A program made the translations under genes and the position numbers. This document shows, piece after piece, positions 9,882 to 19,290 of a stretch of 64,000 nucleotides of DNA; the first letter of the stretch is position 1, and the number at the start of each line of letters is the position of its first letter. Origin of the DNA: an uncultured Trueperaceae bacterium (lineage in GTDB: Bacteria; Deinococcota; Deinococci; Deinococcales; Trueperaceae); contig CAVSGP010000004.1 of NCBI GenBank assembly GCA_963727505.1, positions 992,001-1,056,000 of the forward strand, read 5' to 3'. The notes beneath the pieces were generated by a model that was not told the origin of the DNA, ran no database searches, and saw nothing but the letters and a program-made list of their open reading frames with translations.

Positions 9882-10033
9882 AGCTTCGCTCCCCACCCGT
9901 GCTGTCGCAGCGACGGGCACGTCCCAGCATACATGTCGTGGTCGCTCGAACCGGCCCTGGACCACGATATGATGCGATCCTTGGCACGCGTGGCTGCACG
10001 CAGGCAGCTGCCGTTCACCCGGAGGGAGTCTCC

Positions 10034-11032
10034 ATGCACCTGGCGCGGTTCCCGCGACGCCGCTACACCCCCCACACCACCCCGATCGAGCCGCTGGAGC
10101 GGCTCAGCGCGCACCTGGGTGGCCCCAACCTCTACATCAAGCGCGACGACCTGCTCGGCCTGACGGCCGGCGGCAACAAGACGCGCAAGCTCGAGTTCCT
10201 CGTTGCCGACGCGCTCTCCCAGGGCGCGGACACCCTCATCACCACCGGCGCCGTGCAGTCGAACCACTGCCGGCTGACCCTGGCTGCCGCCGTGCACGAG
10301 GGGCTCCATTGCCGCCTGGTCCTCGAGCAACGGGTGCCGGGCAGCTACGATCCGGGCGCCAGCGGGAACAACTTCCTCTACCGCCTGCTCGGTGTCGAGT
10401 CGATCACCGTCGTCGAGGGCGGAACCGACCTGATGGCGGCGATGCAGCGGGAGGCCGAGGCGCTCGAGGCCGAGGGACGCCGGGCCTACGTCATCCCCGG
10501 AGGGGGCTCCACCCCGCTCGGCGCGCTGGGCTACGTGGCATGCGCCGAGGAGCTGCTGGCGCAGACCTTCGAGACGGGGCTGAAGCTCGACCACATCGTG
10601 AGCGCCAGTGGCAGCGGCGGAACCCACGCCGGCCTGGTGGCGGGGACCTGGGGAACGAGTGCCAACGTCCCCATCACCGGCATCAGCGTGCGGGCGAAGA
10701 AGGCGGCGCAGGAGGAGCGCATCCTGGGGCTAGCGCGCCTGACCGCGGAGCTGGCCGGCGTGAAGGCCGAGCTGCCGCCCGAGGCCGTGAGCGTGCTCGA
10801 CGACTACGTGGGGCCCGGCTACTCGCTGCCCACCGACGCCATGATCGAGGCCGTGAAGCTGTTCGCCTCGCTCGAGGGCATCCTGCTCGACCCGGTCTAC
10901 ACCGGCAAGGCGGCCGCCGGGCTGATCGATCTGGTGCGGCGCGGGCGTTTCGAGCGCGACGAGAACGTGCTGTTCCTGCACACCGGCGGCTCCCCCGCTC
11001 TCTACGCCTACCAGGACGTGTTGCTGGGATGA
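10034..11032 (+). CDS. dcyD: D-cysteine desulfhydrase / D-cysteate sulfo-lyase (CuyA-like) PLP enzyme
   Basis: IKRDD...GGNKTRKLEF, QSNH, GGS...GALGY, SGSGGTHAG, LLDPVYTGK and LHTGG. ATG after GGAG. Confidence 0.88.
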   Translation: MHLARFPRRRYTPHTTPIEPLERLSAHLGGPNLYIKRDDLLGLTAGGNKTRKLEFLVADALSQGADTLITTGAVQSNHCRLTLAAAVHEGLHCRLVLEQRVPGSYDPGASGNNFLYRLLGVESITVVEGGTDLMAAMQREAEALEAEGRRAYVIPGGGSTPLGALGYVACAEELLAQTFETGLKLDHIVSASGSGGTHAGLVAGTWGTSANVPITGISVRAKKAAQEERILGLARLTAELAGVKAELPPEAVSVLDDYVGPGYSLPTDAMIEAVKLFASLEGILLDPVYTGKAAAGLIDLVRRGRFERDENVLFLHTGGSPALYAYQDVLLG

Positions 11033-11787
11033 ACGGCGCCACCAGCCATGGGCCGCGCCGGACGGTGGGCGTGCTCGGTGGGCTCGGCCCCGAGGCCACC
11101 CTCGACTTCTTCGCCAAGGTGCTGCGGCGCACCCCCGCCGAACACGACCAGGACCATCTGCACCTGATCATCGACAACGATCCGGGCGTCCCCGATCGCA
11201 ACGACGCGGTCGCGGGACGCGGACCGTCGCCCGCGCCCCGGCTCGGGGCCATGGCGCGGCGTCTGGAGGGGGCGGGGGCAGACTTCCTGGTGATGGTGTG
11301 CAACGCTGCCCACGCCTTCCAGGGTGCGGTCGTTCAAGCCGTCGCCATCCCCTTCGTCAGCATCATCGACGAGACGGTCGACGCGACGCTGGCGCGCGCG
11401 CCGGAGGCTCGTTGTGTCGGCGTGCTGGCGGCCGAGGGCGCGCTCGACGCAGGGCTCTACCAGCGGGCCTTCCAGGCTCGGGGGGTGACGGCGCTGGTCC
11501 CGGAGGGGGACGACCGCGCGCGCTTCATGGACCTGATGTACGCGATCAAGGGCGGAGACAAGGGGGACGAGGTAGCGCAGGGCATGCTCCGCCTGGCCCG
11601 CGCGCTCCGTGAAGCCGGCGCCGAAGCGCTGGTGGCCGGCTGCACCGAGGTCCCGCTGGTGCTGACGCAAGACGCGTTGGACGGCGCCGAACTGGAGCTG
11701 CCGCTCGTGGCCTCGACCGACGCGCTGGTCGAGGCCACGGTGGCGATCGCCCTGGGCGAGCGCCCGCTGCCCGCGCCCCCCGCGTGA
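11029..11787 (+). CDS. Aspartate/glutamate racemase family protein (cysteate racemase CuyB-like)
   Basis: GVLGGLGPEAT, DQDH and VPDR, with both catalytic cysteines present (VCNAAH, AGCTE). ATGA overlap with the upstream gene. Confidence 0.88.
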   Translation: MNGATSHGPRRTVGVLGGLGPEATLDFFAKVLRRTPAEHDQDHLHLIIDNDPGVPDRNDAVAGRGPSPAPRLGAMARRLEGAGADFLVMVCNAAHAFQGAVVQAVAIPFVSIIDETVDATLARAPEARCVGVLAAEGALDAGLYQRAFQARGVTALVPEGDDRARFMDLMYAIKGGDKGDEVAQGMLRLARALREAGAEALVAGCTEVPLVLTQDALDGAELELPLVASTDALVEATVAIALGERPLPAPPA

Positions 11788-12737
11788 GCCGCATCGTCGT
11801 GGCGGAGTACCTGCCGGAGGCGGCCCTGGACCTGCTGCGTGACGCCGGCGAGGTCGTCGGCGGGCCGGATCTGCACGCCCGGCGCCCCGACTTGAAGGAG
11901 CTCCTTCGCGACGCCGAGGCGCTGGTGGTCCGCAACCAGACGCGCGTCGACGCGGAGCTGATCGAAGCCGCGCCGCGCCTGCGGGTCGTCGGAAGGGTCG
12001 GCGTCGGTCTCGACAACTTCGATCTCGGTGCTCTGCGCGAGCGCCGCGTGACCCTCACCTTCTCCCCGGGCGCCAACGCCGCGAGCGTGGCGGAGTACGT
12101 GTTGGGTGCGATGCTGACCGTCTACCGGCGCTTCGGCGCAGTGGCCGACGCGGTCGCTGCCGGAGGGTGGGACCGCGAGGCGGCCACCGGCCGCGAAGCG
12201 TTCGGCGGGGTGATGGGCATCGTCGGGCTGGGCGACATCGGGGCGCGCGTGGCCAGCCGGGCCCGCGCCTTCGGGATGACGGTGCTCGCCACCGACCCCT
12301 ACCTGCACGACGCCAGCCTCCCCGTGCAGGAGAACGGCGTGACGCTCGTCGGGCTCGACGAGTTGCTGCAACGCTCGGACGTGGTGACACTGCATCCGCC
12401 ACTGACGCCGGCGACGCGCCACCTGCTCGGAGCGGCGCAGCTCGAGCACATGAAGGCGGGCTCGGTGCTCGTCAACACCGGCCGCGGGGCTCTGGTGGAC
12501 GAACGGGCGCTGGCGCAGGCCCTACGCCGCGGCCGGCCTGCCGCGGCCGTGCTGGACGTGCGCGATCCAGAACCACCGGGCGAAGACGACCCCCTCCGGG
12601 GCGCACCCAACCTGCTGGTGACGCCCCACGTGGCGGGTGTCACCGCCCAGGCGCTGGAACGCGGCGCCAGCCACGTGGCGCGCGACGTTGCCCGCGTGCT
12701 GGCAGGCGACCCCGCGGTGAGCGCCGTCCAGCTGTAG
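11784..12737 (+). CDS. D-isomer 2-hydroxyacid dehydrogenase, resembling (S)-sulfolactate dehydrogenase SlcC
   Basis: LVVRNQTRVD, GRVGVGLDN, NAASVAEYV, GLGDIG, NTGRG, LDV..PEP and TPHVAGVT. No ACT domain, so it is not a full SerA. Confidence 0.85.
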   Translation: MSRIVVAEYLPEAALDLLRDAGEVVGGPDLHARRPDLKELLRDAEALVVRNQTRVDAELIEAAPRLRVVGRVGVGLDNFDLGALRERRVTLTFSPGANAASVAEYVLGAMLTVYRRFGAVADAVAAGGWDREAATGREAFGGVMGIVGLGDIGARVASRARAFGMTVLATDPYLHDASLPVQENGVTLVGLDELLQRSDVVTLHPPLTPATRHLLGAAQLEHMKAGSVLVNTGRGALVDERALAQALRRGRPAAAVLDVRDPEPPGEDDPLRGAPNLLVTPHVAGVTAQALERGASHVARDVARVLAGDPAVSAVQL

Positions 12738-12888
12738 CGGCCGCGCCCACACCACGCCCGGCAGCCGCCTCCCCTCTGGGTCCGGCACGCTGCGCGCGCG
12801 GATCGACGCCGGTTCCCGCTTACGGCCGGCGGCCCGGGTCACCCCCGTCCCACACTTCTCAGTGAGCTCGCGCCTCGGTCGCGCCGTC

Positions 12889-12941
12889 ATGGACGCATTG
12901 CGTCCATTTCGTTGACTTGCATGACGCATTTCTCCTATGAT
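12889..12941 (+). promoter_or_regulatory. Sigma70-type promoter with an upstream perfect palindrome (candidate operator) for the Lrp-ABC operon
   Basis: ATGGACGCA-T-TGCGTCCAT at 12889-12907; TTGACT at 12912-12917; 18-nt spacer; TATGAT at 12936-12941. Confidence 0.7.
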
Positions 12942-13006
12942 GGGCGTTGCCTGAAAAGTCATGCGCACGGGAGGATGGACCCTCGCCCAGGCAGGTCCAG
13001 TCTTGG

Positions 13007-13525
13007 ATGAGAATCGGTACCTATCACCAGCTCGACCGCATCGACCAGCAGATCGTCGACCTGCTGCGCACCGACGGGCGCATGCCTTACCGCGAGATCG
13101 CCCGTCGCCTGGCGGTCTCGGAGTCGATGGTGCGCAAGCGCGCCGGCAAGCTCCTCGAGTCCGGCTGGATGCGGATCCTCGCCATCAGCGACCCCCTCAA
13201 ACTGGGGGTCCCCATCGTCGCCACCACCTACGCGAGCGTCAGTCCGAACGTGCTGGAGGAGGTGACCGACGCGCTCGCCCGGAACGAGGCGGTCCGCTAC
13301 CTGGCCATCGGCGTGGGCAGCCGCAACCTCGTGGTCGAGTCGCTCCACGCCTCGGTCGAGGACGTGCACGCCTTCATCCAGAAGGAACTGGGAAGGGAGG
13401 GGGTCTACGAGAGCGAGACCATCCACGTGGTGAAGATCAAGAAGAGCGTCTGGGACTGGCCCTTGCCGACCGAGTCCGACGACAGCACCATGGCACCGAG
13501 CCCGAAACGGAGAGACGAACCATGA
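13007..13525 (+). CDS. Lrp/AsnC-family transcriptional regulator
   Basis: LDRIDQQIVDLLRTDGRMPYREIARRLAVSESMVRKR helix-turn-helix, then DPLKLG. Confidence 0.9.
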   Translation: MRIGTYHQLDRIDQQIVDLLRTDGRMPYREIARRLAVSESMVRKRAGKLLESGWMRILAISDPLKLGVPIVATTYASVSPNVLEEVTDALARNEAVRYLAIGVGSRNLVVESLHASVEDVHAFIQKELGREGVYESETIHVVKIKKSVWDWPLPTESDDSTMAPSPKRRDEP

Positions 13526-15027
13526 AACGCTTGACCCTGACCCTCGGCCTTCTCGCGATGCTGGCCGCCGCCAGCCTGGGTTTCGCCCAGAAGAGCGGCG
13601 GCACCCTGATCGCGGCGTGGGCCCAAGACCCGGTGAGCCTGGACCCCCAGGTCACCAGCGCCTACTCGAGCTTCCAGGTCCTGGAGAACGTGCTCGACAC
13701 CCTGGTCGCCCTCGACCAGCAGGACAAGATCGTGCCGTCGCTGGCCAGCAGCTGGGAGTCCTCCGCAGACGGGCTCACCTGGACCTTCCACCTGCGCCAC
13801 GACGTCAAGTTCAGCAACGGACGACCGATGACCGCGCAGGACGTGGTCTACACCTACGACCGCATGCTCGATCCCAAGACCGGGTCCGGCAACGCCTACC
13901 TGCTGGCCGGCGTCAAGAAGGTCAGCGCGCCGGACGACTACACCGTGCAGTTCCAGCTCGAGGCACCCAACGTCGCGCTGCTCGGCCACCTGGCGGTCAA
14001 CAAGTCCGTCGGCATCATCGCCAAGGAGTCGGTCGAGAACGGCACCATCAAGACGCAGCCGATCGGCACCGGCCCGTTCATGATCAGCGATTTCCAGCCC
14101 GGTCAGAAGGTCGTGCTGAAGAAGAACCCCTACTACTGGAAGCAGGGCCTTCCCTACCTCGACGAGGTCGACATCCGCATCCTCACCGACGAATCGGTGC
14201 GCCAGACGGCGCTGCTCTCGGGCGACATCGACTGGGCCATCAGCGTGCCGCCGCAGAGCCTGGACCAGCTCCAGAACGCGCAGGGCGTGGTGGTGGACAA
14301 GACCACGGCGGGCGCCTACTGGTACATCGGCATCAACCTCAACAACCAGTACCTCAAGAACCCCAAGGTGCGTGAGGCCATCAACTACGCCATCAACCGC
14401 AAGGACATCACCACCGCGATGACCTTCGGCACCGGCGAGCCGACGCAGGATCCGATCCCGTCGTCGAGCGCCTGGGCGTACAACTACGCGCCCTACAGCT
14501 ACGACCCCGGCAAGGCCAAGCAACTCCTGGCCGACGCCGGCTACCCCGACGGCTTCCGCATGATGATCATGCCCACCACCCAGTACCCGGAGTCGGTGCG
14601 CGGCGCCCAGGTGATCCAGCAGGAGCTGGGCCAGATCGGCGTCAAGGTGACCATCAAGACGCTGGAGTGGGCGCAGTGGCTGCAGGAAGAGGGCAAGGGC
14701 AACTACGACACCTACGTGTGCTCGTGGAACGGCCTCGTCGACCCCGACGACTACTTCTACGCCCAACAGAAGACGGGTGAGGTCTTCAACTTCACCGGCT
14801 ACAGCAACAGCAAGGTCGACCAGCTGCTGAGCGAGGGCCGCAAGACGCAGGGCTTCGACCAGCGCAAGACGATCTACCAGCAGGTCAACAAGATGGTGGT
14901 GGACGACGCGCCGTACATCTACATGTACAACCCCGCCAACATCAACGCCTACCGCGACTACGTCAAGGGCTACTCGGCCCGGCCCGATCAGGCCGTGAAC
15001 TTCAGCCAGACCTGGCTCAACAACTGA
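13522..15027 (+). CDS. ABC transporter substrate-binding protein, family 5
   Basis: Signal peptide; GGTL, SLDP, PSLASSW, WTFHLR, PIGTGPF and KVREAINYAINR. ATGA overlap with the Lrp gene. Confidence 0.93.
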   Translation: MKRLTLTLGLLAMLAAASLGFAQKSGGTLIAAWAQDPVSLDPQVTSAYSSFQVLENVLDTLVALDQQDKIVPSLASSWESSADGLTWTFHLRHDVKFSNGRPMTAQDVVYTYDRMLDPKTGSGNAYLLAGVKKVSAPDDYTVQFQLEAPNVALLGHLAVNKSVGIIAKESVENGTIKTQPIGTGPFMISDFQPGQKVVLKKNPYYWKQGLPYLDEVDIRILTDESVRQTALLSGDIDWAISVPPQSLDQLQNAQGVVVDKTTAGAYWYIGINLNNQYLKNPKVREAINYAINRKDITTAMTFGTGEPTQDPIPSSSAWAYNYAPYSYDPGKAKQLLADAGYPDGFRMMIMPTTQYPESVRGAQVIQQELGQIGVKVTIKTLEWAQWLQEEGKGNYDTYVCSWNGLVDPDDYFYAQQKTGEVFNFTGYSNSKVDQLLSEGRKTQGFDQRKTIYQQVNKMVVDDAPYIYMYNPANINAYRDYVKGYSARPDQAVNFSQTWLNN

Positions 15028-15044
15028 GCCTCGTTCCTTGAGCC

Positions 15045-15076
15045 GCGTGGGAGGCGGGTGGACCCGCCTCCCACGC
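15045..15076 (+). terminator. 15-bp stem-loop after the SBP gene
   Basis: GCGTGGGAGGCGGGT-GG-ACCCGCCTCCCACGC. Confidence 0.55.
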
Positions 15077-15112
15077 TCGTCCGTTTCCGCTATCTTGTCT
15101 ACAGAGGTACCC

Positions 15113-16063
15113 GTGAGCCTTCGCTATCTTCTGCAACGGCTGGGCACGCTGCTGCTGGTCCTGTTCGGGGTATCGATCCTGACCTTCTCGATCATCCCGC
15201 TGGTGCCGGGCAGCCCGGCTCGCGTCACGCTCGGCGTGCAAGCGACCGACGCGTCGGTCGCCGCGCTCGAGCACCAGATGGGCCTCGACCGCCCCCTCAC
15301 CACCCAGTACTGGACGTGGGTGACGGGCATCGTCCTGCACGGAGATTTCGGCAAGAGTCTGATCAGCGGCAAGCCCATCACCGAGCAGGTCCGGCACCGC
15401 CTGCCCGCCACCCTGATCCTGGCCTTCGTCGCCCTCCTCATCGGATTGATCATCGCCATCCCCAGCGGCATCCTCTCGGCGCTGCGCCCCGGCAGCGCGC
15501 GCGACCTGGGCGTGTCGCTGATGAGCCAGATCGGGGTGTCGATCCCGGACTTCTGGCTCGGCATCCTGCTCATCCTGGTCTTCGCCCAGTACCTGCACTG
15601 GCTGCCCTCCAGCGGCTACGCTCCCCTCTCCGAGGGGCTGGGCGCCTATCTCAGGCACATCCTGCTTCCCGCCGCCACCGCCGGCGTCATCAGCGGCTCG
15701 ATCATGGCGCGCTTCGTGCGCTCGGCCATGATGGAGGTGCTCAGCAACGACTACGTGCGCACGGCGCGAGCCAAGGGGCTCAACCCGCGCCGCGTCATCG
15801 GCAAGCACGTGCTCCGCAACGCCGCCATCACCATCGTCACGATCATCGGTTTGCAGATGGCGACACTGCTTTCGTCGGTGGTCGTGGTCGAGATCATCTT
15901 CGCCTGGCCGGGGCTGGGCTCGATGGCCCTCAACGCCACTCTGCAGCGCGACTATCCGGTGTTGCAGGCGTCGGTGCTGCTGTTCGCCACCTCCTTCGCC
16001 GTCATCAACCTGCTGACCGACCTCTCCTATGTCTTGCTCGACCCGAGCGTGGAGTACGCATGA
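15113..16063 (+). CDS. Peptide ABC transporter permease (DppB-like)
   Basis: YLLQRL, GLDRPL..QY, GDFGKS, RLPATL and YVRTARAKG (EAA-like loop). Confidence 0.92.
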   Translation: MSLRYLLQRLGTLLLVLFGVSILTFSIIPLVPGSPARVTLGVQATDASVAALEHQMGLDRPLTTQYWTWVTGIVLHGDFGKSLISGKPITEQVRHRLPATLILAFVALLIGLIIAIPSGILSALRPGSARDLGVSLMSQIGVSIPDFWLGILLILVFAQYLHWLPSSGYAPLSEGLGAYLRHILLPAATAGVISGSIMARFVRSAMMEVLSNDYVRTARAKGLNPRRVIGKHVLRNAAITIVTIIGLQMATLLSSVVVVEIIFAWPGLGSMALNATLQRDYPVLQASVLLFATSFAVINLLTDLSYVLLDPSVEYA

Positions 16064-16950
16064 GCGACGCCTCCATCGCCACGGCACCCGGTGCGGCCGG
16101 CGAGAAGGAGACGGCGGGGCGCCGCTCGCTGCTACGGCGCGCGCTGCGCCACCCGCTCGTGGTCACCGGCAGCGTCGTGGTCCTCGCTCTCGCCGTCGTC
16201 GCCGTCTTCGGGCGCTGGCTGGCGCCCTTCGATCCGACCAGCATGGACTTCGGTGCCCGTTTCGCGCCACCCTCCTGGACCCATCCCTTCGGCACCGACG
16301 ACTTCGGGCGCGACGTCTTCTCGCGCGTGCTCTACGGCGCCGCGGTGTCGTTCAAGGTGGCCTTCATCGCCGTCGGCCTCTCCGGCACCATAGGCGTCCT
16401 GCTGGGGCTGCTGGCCGGCTTCCGAGGCGGCTGGCTCGACGAGCTCGTCATGCGCGTGATGGACATCCTGTTCGCGTTCCCGGCGGTGCTGCTCGCCATC
16501 ACGGTGATGGCCATCCTGGGACGTGGCGTCGGCAATGCCATGATCGCCATCGCCATCGTCTACATCCCGATCTTCGCGCGCGTCACGCGCGGCGCGGTGA
16601 TCAGCGTGCGGGGCCGGGAGTTCGTGACCGCCGCGCGCGCCATGGGCCAGGGGCAGTGGCGCATCATGCTGCGCCACGTCCTCCCCAACTCGCTGGGGCC
16701 GATCATCGTGCAGACCTCCCTCAGCCTGGCCTTCGCGATCCTGGCGGAGGCGGCGCTGTCGTTCTTCGGTCTGGGCACCCAGCCTCCCGAGCCGAGCTGG
16801 GGGCGCATGCTCTCCGAGGGGCGCTCGTTCCTCCACCAGGCCCCCTGGATGGGCATCTTCCCGGGCCTGGCGATCATGGTCACGGTTCTCGGCTTCAATC
16901 TCCTCGGCGACGGCCTGCGCGACGTGCTCGACCCGCGCTCGTCCCGTTGA
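16060..16950 (+). CDS. Peptide ABC transporter permease (DppC-like)
   Basis: HPFGTDDFGRDVFSR, EFVTAARAMG, RHVLPN, EAALSFFGLG and FNLLGDGLRDVLDP. Confidence 0.93.
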   Translation: MSDASIATAPGAAGEKETAGRRSLLRRALRHPLVVTGSVVVLALAVVAVFGRWLAPFDPTSMDFGARFAPPSWTHPFGTDDFGRDVFSRVLYGAAVSFKVAFIAVGLSGTIGVLLGLLAGFRGGWLDELVMRVMDILFAFPAVLLAITVMAILGRGVGNAMIAIAIVYIPIFARVTRGAVISVRGREFVTAARAMGQGQWRIMLRHVLPNSLGPIIVQTSLSLAFAILAEAALSFFGLGTQPPEPSWGRMLSEGRSFLHQAPWMGIFPGLAIMVTVLGFNLLGDGLRDVLDPRSSR

Positions 16951-16968
16951 GCCCGGCGCGGTGAGGCC

Positions 16969-19290
16969 TTGACCGCGGCCGATGCGCGCGAGCCGGGCGA
17001 ACCGGCGGCCTCGGGCCGTCTGGTACGTGTGCGCGCCTCCGTCTCCCTGCTGGCCGGCGCCGGCCTGCTGCTGGAGATCGCGCTCACGCGCGTGCTGTCG
17101 CTGCTCTACTTCAGCCCCTTCGTGTACGTGCTGCTGGCCGTCGCGGTGCTGGGGGCCGGCCTGGGCGCGGCCGCGGCCACCCTGCTGCCAACGACCCGCA
17201 CCCGGGCCGGCGCCGCGATCGCCGCCGCTGCCGGCGCGCTCGCCACCCCCCTGGTGGTGGTCCTGCTCCTGAGGGTGGCGACGGCGCCCCTGCAGGGTGT
17301 CGCCCTGGCGCTGTGCACGCTCCCGTTCGCGTTCCTGGGGCATGCCCTGGCCACGCTCTTCGCCCTGCACAGCGCCCGCGCCCCTCGGCTCTACCTCCAC
17401 GACCTGGCCGGCGCCGGGATCGGCGCCCTGGCGTCCGTCGCGGCGCTCGACCTCCTCGGCGCGCTCGGTGCGGTGCTGCTGGCGGGCCTGGTGCTCGCGC
17501 TCGCCGCCCTCTTGCTCGCGCCGCGTGCCTACCGGCCGTCCGCAGCGATCGTGGTCGTCGTCGGCGCCGCGCTGCTGACCGGGCACGCGGCGACCGGCTG
17601 GCCGCAGCCGCCGATGGCCCGGCTCGCCGCCGCCAAGCCCCTGAGTCGCGAGCTGCGAAGCGGCGCCAGCGAAGTAGCCCACGCCTGGGACGCCCTGGGG
17701 CGCAGCGACCTGGTGCGGCGGCCCGACGGAAGCCTCTATCTCTACCTCGACGGCGGCGCCGGCTCGCTGGTACCCGACACCGCGCGGCCCACCACCTACC
17801 TGCACGACGTGGGCGCCTACGCGTACGCCGTCCAGAGTCCGCAGAGCGTGTTCATCATCGGTCCCGGCGGCGGTCTGGACGTGGCCCTGGCCCATGCCTT
17901 CGACGTGCCCGACGTCACCGCTGTGGAGCTGAACGGCGCCGGCGTGCGGCTGGCGCGCCGGGCGTCGGCCGACGGCCTGATCGCGGGCGCCCCCGCGTAC
18001 GACGGCACCACGCTTCGCATCGACGAGGGCCGCAGCACCCTGCGGCGCACGCAGCAGCGCTTCGACCTGATCCTGCTCTCGCAGGTGGTCACGGACGCCG
18101 CCGAGGCACGCTCGTACGCGCTGGTCGAGAACGCGGTGTACACGGTGGAGGCCTTCCGGGAGGATCTCGATCACCTCGCTCCGGGCGGCGCCATCGCCCT
18201 GAAGCTCTACGACGAGGTCACCCTCACGCGCGCCCTCACCACCGCGGTGACCGCCCTGTCGGAACACGGCATGAGCGAGGCCGACGCCCTGCACCACACC
18301 CTGGCGGTGCTCGACGCGCGGGGCGGGCGCCCCATCCCGTTGCTCATGGTGTTCGACCATGCGCTCGGCCGCGACGAGGCGCTGGCCTACGGCCGCCTGG
18401 CGCGCTCGGCCGGACTGCAGGTCCTCTACCTCCCGGGGCTGGTGGAGAATCCGCCGCTCGATGCCCTGAGCGCGGGAAGCACCGACCTGCGGCGCATCGA
18501 GGCCGCCAGTGGAGGCGTGGACATCCGGCCCACGCACGACCGCCGGCCCTTCTTCTTCCAGTTCGAACCGGGCCTGCCGCGGCCCCTGCTGTCGCTGCTC
18601 GTGGGGCTGGCCGTACTGACGGCCGCGGCAGCCGTCCTCTTGGCCCTCCGGCAACGTCGCCGGCGCGGGCCCGCGCGGCTGGCGCCGCTGCTCTTCGGCG
18701 CACTCGGCGCCGGCTTCATGTTGTTCGAGGTCGGTGCGCTTCAACGGCTGCGCCTCTACCTGGGGCACCCCACGTTGACGCTGGCGGTGGGGCTGGCCGC
18801 GCTGCTGGTGGGGGCCGGGCTGGGCGCCGGGCTGGCGGGCGGCGCCGCTCGCCGGGTTGGCAACGCAGCTCGAGGCGAGCTCCGGGTGGCCGCCTTGGCG
18901 GCACTGCTGGTGGCGGCGGCCGGCCTCGTCTGGAGCCTGCTGTTCCCGGCGTGGTCGGGGGCCACCCTGGCCTGGCCAACGGCCGCAAGGGCCGCGCTGG
19001 CCGCGGCGACGCTGCTGGTGGTGGCGCTGCCGATGGGGATGCCGTTCCCGCTGGCGCTGCGGGCCGTAGGACGGACGGGCCCCTCGGAGGTGGCGCTGGG
19101 CTGGGCGGTCAACGGTGTTGCGGCGGTCCTGGGCAGCAGCGCCGCCACCGCCGTGGCCTTGACCTGGGGCTTCCCCTACGTGCACCTGGCCGCCGCCGCC
19201 GCTTACCTGCTGGCTGCGGGCACGGCCCCCCTGATGGCGCGCAGCGACGCGTTCACGCCGGCGGGCGCACCACCGACGACCCTTCCCTGA
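16969..19290 (+). CDS. Multi-pass membrane protein with a central spermidine-synthase-like class I SAM-binding domain
   Basis: N-terminal TM block (LLLEIALTR...LYLHDLAGAG); central IIGPGGGLDV / VELN / DEGRS / YTVEAF; C-terminal TM block (GFMLFEV, LYLGHP, MGMPFP, WAVNG). TTG start is uncertain. Confidence 0.8.
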   Translation: MTAADAREPGEPAASGRLVRVRASVSLLAGAGLLLEIALTRVLSLLYFSPFVYVLLAVAVLGAGLGAAAATLLPTTRTRAGAAIAAAAGALATPLVVVLLLRVATAPLQGVALALCTLPFAFLGHALATLFALHSARAPRLYLHDLAGAGIGALASVAALDLLGALGAVLLAGLVLALAALLLAPRAYRPSAAIVVVVGAALLTGHAATGWPQPPMARLAAAKPLSRELRSGASEVAHAWDALGRSDLVRRPDGSLYLYLDGGAGSLVPDTARPTTYLHDVGAYAYAVQSPQSVFIIGPGGGLDVALAHAFDVPDVTAVELNGAGVRLARRASADGLIAGAPAYDGTTLRIDEGRSTLRRTQQRFDLILLSQVVTDAAEARSYALVENAVYTVEAFREDLDHLAPGGAIALKLYDEVTLTRALTTAVTALSEHGMSEADALHHTLAVLDARGGRPIPLLMVFDHALGRDEALAYGRLARSAGLQVLYLPGLVENPPLDALSAGSTDLRRIEAASGGVDIRPTHDRRPFFFQFEPGLPRPLLSLLVGLAVLTAAAAVLLALRQRRRRGPARLAPLLFGALGAGFMLFEVGALQRLRLYLGHPTLTLAVGLAALLVGAGLGAGLAGGAARRVGNAARGELRVAALAALLVAAAGLVWSLLFPAWSGATLAWPTAARAALAAATLLVVALPMGMPFPLALRAVGRTGPSEVALGWAVNGVAAVLGSSAATAVALTWGFPYVHLAAAAAYLLAAGTAPLMARSDAFTPAGAPPTTLP

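Noticed and set aside
8332..9999. Apparent long fusion ORFs in the track (also 10309-11787, 15058-16950, 20275-22050, 46133-47893, 50642-51835, 53620-54927, 59941-63693)
   Set aside because: Their N-terminal parts are off-frame or antisense reads of the neighbouring gene. Real starts lie at stop/start overlaps, RBSs or leaderless -10 boxes. There is no evidence of frameshifted fusions.
11784..12737. serA annotation for the 2-hydroxyacid dehydrogenase
   Set aside because: Only 317 aa, with no ASB/ACT domain; the context favours a catabolic SlcC-like role.
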